64,000 bases of DNA, taken from contig JAAYVM010000132.1 in assembly GCA_012517145.1 (NCBI GenBank), forward strand, positions 9,689 to 73,688. The letters run 5' to 3'. The stretch is from Acholeplasmataceae bacterium (GTDB lineage: Bacteria; Bacillota; Negativicutes; Acidaminococcales; Acidaminococcaceae). The notes below the pieces were generated by a model. It saw only the letters and a program-made list of their open reading frames with translations, was not told the DNA's origin and ran no database searches. Positions 59,304 through 64,000 of this stretch are shown piece after piece. The translations under genes and the position numbers were made by a program. Each line of letters begins with the position of its first letter. Within the stretch, counting starts at the first letter, position 1.

Positions 59304-59789
59304 ATGTTCGAAACAGGCGATAAGATTGTTTATCCGATGCATGGAGCAGGCATGATACATTCTATAGAAAAACGCAGCGATGAAAAAGGCGGCGTTGTCG
59401 AATATTTCATACTTGAGATGCTTCTGGGTGACATGAAAATCATGATTCCAATAAAAAATGTTGAACAAGTAGGACTGCGGCATGTAATCAGCGAAGAACA
59501 ACTTGCTGAGATTGAAAACATTCTTGCTTCGCGTCCGGAAAATACGATGAAAAGTATTACCTGGAACAGGCGTTTTAACCTTTATCTTGAGAAAATGAAA
59601 AGCGGAGATATTTTTGAAGTTGCCGCGGTTGTAAGAACTTTGACAGTCCAGGAAGAAGAAAAAAAGCTTTCAACCGGAGAACGAAGGCTTTTGAATACTG
59701 CCCGCCAAATTCTTCTGAGCGAGGTCATGCTGGTACGTTCCCAAAAACTTGAAGAGGCTGATATATGGCTGCATAAGTTTTTTAATTAA
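59304..59789 (+). CDS. carD: CarD/CdnL-family RNA polymerase-binding transcription factor
   Basis: MFETGDKIVYPMHGAGMI (CarD_TRCF N-domain). ATG at 59304 lies 8 nt after GAAGGAGG. Confidence 0.88.
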   Translation: MFETGDKIVYPMHGAGMIHSIEKRSDEKGGVVEYFILEMLLGDMKIMIPIKNVEQVGLRHVISEEQLAEIENILASRPENTMKSITWNRRFNLYLEKMKSGDIFEVAAVVRTLTVQEEEKKLSTGERRLLNTARQILLSEVMLVRSQKLEEADIWLHKFFN

Positions 59790-59800
59790 AATTTAAAGTA

Positions 59801-59836
59801 AAATACGTCGTTGCTTGACGTATTTTATTTTTTTTT
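59801..59836 (+). terminator. Intrinsic terminator
   Basis: AAATACGTC-GTTGCTT-GACGTATTT followed by a T-run. Confidence 0.8.
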
Positions 59837-59910
59837 GCTTACTATAGCCTATTAAAAACTCTTCTTTTGTAGTAAGATTATGGCGTAAGAGACAGAAAGG
59901 AGGTGAGAAA

Positions 59911-61023
59911 ATGTTAACGAGAATTCTTAAACTGACAATAGTACTTGTCTTTGCAGTATCAGGTATGCTTTTGATGGAATATCTGGTTCCTTATCTTTCC
60001 GAAATGCTGCCTAATGAGATGTTCAAGAACGGCCCATTTGGTTTTGCCTTAGCAACTGTTGCTTCAGATGTAATTGGTTTTTGCTTGTTTGGTGCAATTG
60101 GTTATGCGGGTTCAAATTTTATTATTGGACACACTATGCGTTTTACGGAGGTAATAGCTGTCGTTTTAGCTAAGGTTCCAACCAGTAATATTCTGGTAGT
60201 TGCTATGGGTGCTATCATTGGCCTTATTGTAGCTAATTTGATAGGCAGTCCTTTTTCACACCTGCCGTTCATCGGTATGTATATTCCATTGATCCTCAGT
60301 TTGATTCTGGCAATAGTCGGAGCAAAGGTGGCTCTGATAAAACACGCTGATATCACTTCATTTTTTAACCGTATCTGGTCCTTCCGTACTTTCAAGGACG
60401 CGAGCAAGGGAACAGAAGCGGACAATGTTTGCAGCAATCATAAAATCTTAGATACCAGTGTTATTATCGACGGCCGTATTGCCGATATCCTGAAAACAGG
60501 GTTCCTAGAAGGGAAGCTCATTATTCCTGGGTTCGTGCTGGAAGAATTGCAAAAGATCGCTGATTCCTCTGACACTTTGAAGCGCAAAAGAGGCCGCAGA
60601 GGTCTCGATGTTGTCAAAGCAATGCAGGATGGTCTTTCCCAGCAGGTGGAAATCATTAATACGGATTATGATGATATTACAGAGGTTGATGCCAAGCTGG
60701 TCAGGCTGGCCAAGGAAATAGGCAGTCAGGTAATAACTAATGATTTCAATTTGAATAAAGTCGCTGAAATTCAGGGCGTAGGTGTTTTGAATATTAATGA
60801 CCTGGCTAATGCTGTTAAGCCGGTAGTGCTGCCTGGAGAAGATATGTTGCTATTTCTGGCCAAGGAAGGCAAAGAAAGCGGTCAGGCAGTTGCTTATCTG
60901 GACGACGGAACAATGATTGTTGTTGAAGGCGGCAAGAAGTATATTGGCGAAAGCGTAAGTGTTGTTGTTACTTCCGTTTTGCAGACTTCTGCAGGCCGTA
61001 TGATTTTTGCCCGCATGAAATAA
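59911..61023 (+). CDS. Membrane-anchored PIN and TRAM domain protein (YacL-like)
   Basis: N-terminal TM helices, a PIN domain (ILDTSVIIDGRI, VITNDFNLNKVA), and a C-terminal TRAM (GESVSVVVTSVLQTSAGRMIFA). Confidence 0.85.
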   Translation: MLTRILKLTIVLVFAVSGMLLMEYLVPYLSEMLPNEMFKNGPFGFALATVASDVIGFCLFGAIGYAGSNFIIGHTMRFTEVIAVVLAKVPTSNILVVAMGAIIGLIVANLIGSPFSHLPFIGMYIPLILSLILAIVGAKVALIKHADITSFFNRIWSFRTFKDASKGTEADNVCSNHKILDTSVIIDGRIADILKTGFLEGKLIIPGFVLEELQKIADSSDTLKRKRGRRGLDVVKAMQDGLSQQVEIINTDYDDITEVDAKLVRLAKEIGSQVITNDFNLNKVAEIQGVGVLNINDLANAVKPVVLPGEDMLLFLAKEGKESGQAVAYLDDGTMIVVEGGKKYIGESVSVVVTSVLQTSAGRMIFARMK

Positions 61024-61042
61024 CATTGGGGGTTGTTTTGTT

Positions 61043-62248
61043 TTGAAAAAAATAGTAGTTATTCTGGCGGCGGCAGGATCAGGCCGAAGGATGGGCCTGG
61101 GCATGAATAAAGCTTTTTTGTTGTTGGAGGGTTTGCCGGTAATTGTTCACAATCTGCATCAAGTCAGTCAGGTTGCAGAAGTAAAACGTGCAATTATTGT
61201 GGTCAGGCCTGATGAACTGGCAGAAGGAACGGCAATCCTGCAAAGATACGAAAACTTGTACTTTCCGGGGCTCAGCTGGCAGATAACTGCGGGCGGCAGG
61301 GAAAGGCAGGATTCTGTTTTTAATGCTTTATGTCTTGTAAAAGACGATGAAGAATTTGTTGCTGTTCACGATGGAGCCAGGCCGTTTGCTACACCGGATA
61401 TTTTTGCACGTGTTTTTGCTGCGGCACAAAAGAGCGGCGCCGCGGTTGCCGGTGTGCCGGTTAAGGACACTACCAAGCTTGTTGATGTTGAAGGCAGGGT
61501 TGTTACTACTTTGGAACGCAGTAAACTGAGGGCGATACAAACGCCTCAGATTTTTCGTACTCAGCTTTTAAAGCAGGCCTATGAAATGCTGCGGAGAGAA
61601 AAAATAGATGTTACTGACGATGCCGGTGCTGTTGAACTTTTAGGTATGCCTGTCGTTGTTGCCGAAGGTTCTTATGCGAATAATAAAATTACTACCCCGG
61701 ATGACCTTGTCTGGGCCAAAGCTTTGTTATACAAGGGAGAAGAAAATCCTGTGCAGGATGATAGAAACCTTACAATGCGAGTGGGCAGCGGGTTTGATGT
61801 ACATTGCCTGGTTGCTGAAAGAAAATTAATTTTATGTGGCGTCCAGGTTCCTTACGAACTGGGGCTTGCAGGCCATTCAGATGCCGATGTAGCAGTTCAC
61901 GCCTTAATGGATGCGATGCTTGGCTCTGTAGCGTTAGGCGATATTGGACAGCATTTCCCTGATACTGATGAAAAGTATAAAGGTGCTGACAGTATGGTTT
62001 TGCTGCGCCATGTAGCAGGATTACTGCAGGAAAAAGGCTGGCAGGTTGGCAATGCGGATATCACCATTATTGCGCAAAAACCAAAGTTAGCTGCTTATCG
62101 CGAACAAATGCAAAATAATATTGCTGCTGTATTAAAGATTGACAAGGATGCGATCAACGTGAAAGCAACTACGACTGAACGGCTTGGTTTTACAGGCAGA
62201 GGAGAAGGCATAGCAGCCCAGGCAGTGGTTACTGTTTTCAGGTCATAG
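61043..62248 (+). CDS. ispDF: Bifunctional 2-C-methyl-D-erythritol 4-phosphate cytidylyltransferase / 2-C-methyl-D-erythritol 2,4-cyclodiphosphate synthase (IspDF fusion)
   Basis: IspD motifs (AAAGSGRRMG, VHDGARPF) occupy residues 1 to about 230. IspF (MRVGSGFDVH, GHSDADV, DIG) starts at residue 245. Both lie in one uninterrupted frame. Confidence 0.9.
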   Translation: MKKIVVILAAAGSGRRMGLGMNKAFLLLEGLPVIVHNLHQVSQVAEVKRAIIVVRPDELAEGTAILQRYENLYFPGLSWQITAGGRERQDSVFNALCLVKDDEEFVAVHDGARPFATPDIFARVFAAAQKSGAAVAGVPVKDTTKLVDVEGRVVTTLERSKLRAIQTPQIFRTQLLKQAYEMLRREKIDVTDDAGAVELLGMPVVVAEGSYANNKITTPDDLVWAKALLYKGEENPVQDDRNLTMRVGSGFDVHCLVAERKLILCGVQVPYELGLAGHSDADVAVHALMDAMLGSVALGDIGQHFPDTDEKYKGADSMVLLRHVAGLLQEKGWQVGNADITIIAQKPKLAAYREQMQNNIAAVLKIDKDAINVKATTTERLGFTGRGEGIAAQAVVTVFRS

Positions 62249-62335
62249 CTGCAGTAAGGTTTTTACAAAGTATCTGTATAGACTTTGTGCTATAATTTAA
62301 AGATATAGTGTTTTACATATTTGGAGGTTTTGTTC

Positions 62336-63811
62336 ATGGAAAAGGAAATAAGAGTAAGATTTGCACCAAGCCCTACCGGACCATTTCATATCGGTGGCGC
62401 GCGTTCAGCTTTGTTTAACTGGCTTTTAGCGCGTAAAACAGGCGGAAAATTGATTTTAAGAATTGAAGATACAGACCTTGAACGTTCCAGCAGAGAGTCA
62501 GAAGAAAACATTAAGGCTGCGCTTAAATGGTTGGGAATGGATTGGGATGAAGGCGTAGATGTCGGCGGCGAATATGGGCCTTACCGTCAAACTGAACGTC
62601 TTGATTTGTACAGAAAATATACAGAACAACTTTTGGCTGAAGGCAAAGCTTACTATTGCTACTGTACTGATGATGAATTGGAAGCCGAACGTCAAGCACT
62701 GGTTGCTCAAAGTCAAATGCCGCGTTATATGGGCAAGTGCAGGAATCTGACACCTGAACAGATTGCTGAATTTGAAAAAGAAGGCCGCAAGCCGACCGTT
62801 CGTTTCAAAGTGCCCGCCGGACAGCAAATTGTCATTCATGACATGGTGCGCGGCGACGTAGTTTTTGACTCAGACGGTATTGGCGATTTCGTCATTGTTA
62901 AGTCTGACGGCATTCCTACCTACAATTATGCCGTGGTAATTGATGACGCCTTGATGCACATAACTCATGTTATACGTGCTGAAGAGCATCTATCCAATAC
63001 CCCGCGTCAATGTCTGATTTACGATGCATTGGGTTTTGAAAAACCTGTTTTCGGTCATATTTCACTTATTCTCGGTAAAGACCGCACTAAAATGAGTAAA
63101 CGGCACGGTGCAACTTCTGTTGACCAATACAGAAAACTTGGTTATTGCCCTAAGGGTATCGTTAATTTCCTTGCCCTGCTGGGCTGGGCTCCAAACAGCG
63201 AACAGGAGATCTTTACTACCGAAGAGTTGATCCAGGCTTTTTCCATGGATCATGTTGCCAAGAATCCGGCTGTTTTTGACTTAGATAAATTGAATTGGAT
63301 AAATCAGCATTATATGCGTCAGCTGGATGATGAAGCTTTCTTCGAAGCAGCGAAACCGCAGATGATTGAAGCTGGTTTTATGACAGGCGAGGAAGAAGGC
63401 GACAAACTGGCCTGGCTGAAAAAAGTAGTTCTGACAAGTAAGGAACATGTTTCTTATGCAGCGCAGATTCCAGAAGTTGTTGCAATGTATTTCCATGATG
63501 ACTTTGCTTTTGAAAATGAAGAAGCTGCAGCTGTTTTGAAGGAAGAAACAGTACCAACCGTTATGAATATGCTTTTTGAGCAGCTCGGACAGCTGGAAGC
63601 AGTAGATGCTACAGGTGTTAAAGCCACCTTTAAAACCATCCAGAAAACCACTAAACTGGGCGGCAAGAGTGTTTATATGCCGATTCGTGTGGCACTTACC
63701 GGTAATCAGCACGGACCTGAATTGACGGAGATCATTCCTCTGCTTGGGCTGGAACGTACTTTAAAACGTATTAAGGGCAGTCTGGAAAAAGCTGGGGTAA
63801 CTCTCGCGTAA
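62336..63811 (+). CDS. gltX: Glutamate-tRNA ligase
   Basis: [19 protein letters not shown] (HIGH motif) and KMSKRHG (KMSKS motif). Confidence 0.95.
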   Translation: MEKEIRVRFAPSPTGPFHIGGARSALFNWLLARKTGGKLILRIEDTDLERSSRESEENIKAALKWLGMDWDEGVDVGGEYGPYRQTERLDLYRKYTEQLLAEGKAYYCYCTDDELEAERQALVAQSQMPRYMGKCRNLTPEQIAEFEKEGRKPTVRFKVPAGQQIVIHDMVRGDVVFDSDGIGDFVIVKSDGIPTYNYAVVIDDALMHITHVIRAEEHLSNTPRQCLIYDALGFEKPVFGHISLILGKDRTKMSKRHGATSVDQYRKLGYCPKGIVNFLALLGWAPNSEQEIFTTEELIQAFSMDHVAKNPAVFDLDKLNWINQHYMRQLDDEAFFEAAKPQMIEAGFMTGEEEGDKLAWLKKVVLTSKEHVSYAAQIPEVVAMYFHDDFAFENEEAAAVLKEETVPTVMNMLFEQLGQLEAVDATGVKATFKTIQKTTKLGGKSVYMPIRVALTGNQHGPELTEIIPLLGLERTLKRIKGSLEKAGVTLA

Positions 63812-63825
63812 AGGAGAAAACCAAG

Positions 63826-64000
63826 ATGAGCATAAAAGTTTATAATACTTTGACCAAGCAAAAAGAAGAATTTGTGCCTATTGTGCCAGGCAAAGCCAGC
63901 ATCTATGTTTGCGGGGTAACCCCTTACAATCATCCGCATATTGGTAATGCACGTCCTTTTGTTACTTGGGATGTTATTCACCGCTTTTTGGAGCATGAAG
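63826..64000 (+). CDS. cysS: Cysteine-tRNA ligase, N-terminal part (continues beyond the window)
   Basis: ATG at 63826 follows [26 protein letters not shown]...[18 protein letters not shown] (HIGH-type motif). The frame is open to the window end. Confidence 0.9.
   Translation, partial: MSIKVYNTLTKQKEEFVPIVPGKASIYVCGVTPYNHPHIGNARPFVTWDVIHRFLEHE

Noticed and set aside
62249-62335. T-box leader upstream of gltX, or between gltX and cysS
   Set aside because: The gaps are only about 87 nt and 14 nt. That is too short for a T-box (over 200 nt), and no AGGGTGGTACCGCG motif is present.

Overview
This 64 kb window looks like a core, housekeeping chromosomal segment of a low-GC Firmicute. A diderm Negativicutes-type organism is possible, because an RND pump and a TamB/AsmA-like protein are present, but that is a low-confidence inference. 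Nearly all genes are on the + strand. I saw no transposase, integrase, phage gene, CRISPR array or recognisable defence cassette.

Gene content from left to right:
- gatB 3' end, then a few small membrane or secreted proteins.
- An FAD-dependent protein plus a BMP/CUT2-type ABC importer that has no binding protein.
- Five tandem universal-stress-protein (USP) genes.
- corA.
- An operon of SSS symporter, HutP-family regulator, sdaAB, sdaAA and ridA.
- A tRNA operon (His-Gln-Lys-Leu).
- A GGDEF protein and an MFS transporter.
- tsaE, tsaB, rimI and tsaD.
- A PdtaS/PdtaR-like histidine kinase and ANTAR response regulator.
- CIRCE, groES and groEL, then guaA.
- queCDE.
- purE, purF, purM, purN, a purH N-terminal domain only, and purD.
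- A Tritrichomonas-type IMP dehydrogenase.
- Two more ABC importers, a DUF4127 protein, an RND efflux pair, an SbmA/BacA-like ABC protein and a flavodiiron protein.
- The conserved block ctsR, radA, carD, PIN/TRAM, ispDF, gltX and cysS.

Observations I rank highest:
1. A HutP-family RNA-binding regulator sits inside an L-serine catabolic operon, followed by an intrinsic terminator. This is the B. subtilis hut antitermination layout with different cargo.
2. Two perfect DnaA boxes lie just downstream of tsaD (gcp), matching the position of a known B. subtilis DnaA-box cluster.
3. Three tandem copies of a structured repeat of about 105 nt lie downstream of gatB.
4. The USP array has a duplicated two-gene unit.
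5. ctsR stands alone, with an atypically spaced operator and no mcsAB/clpC.
6. purH is split or truncated, and ispDF is fused.

All product calls come from by-eye motif recognition. No database search was possible, and many start codons are uncertain by a few codons.
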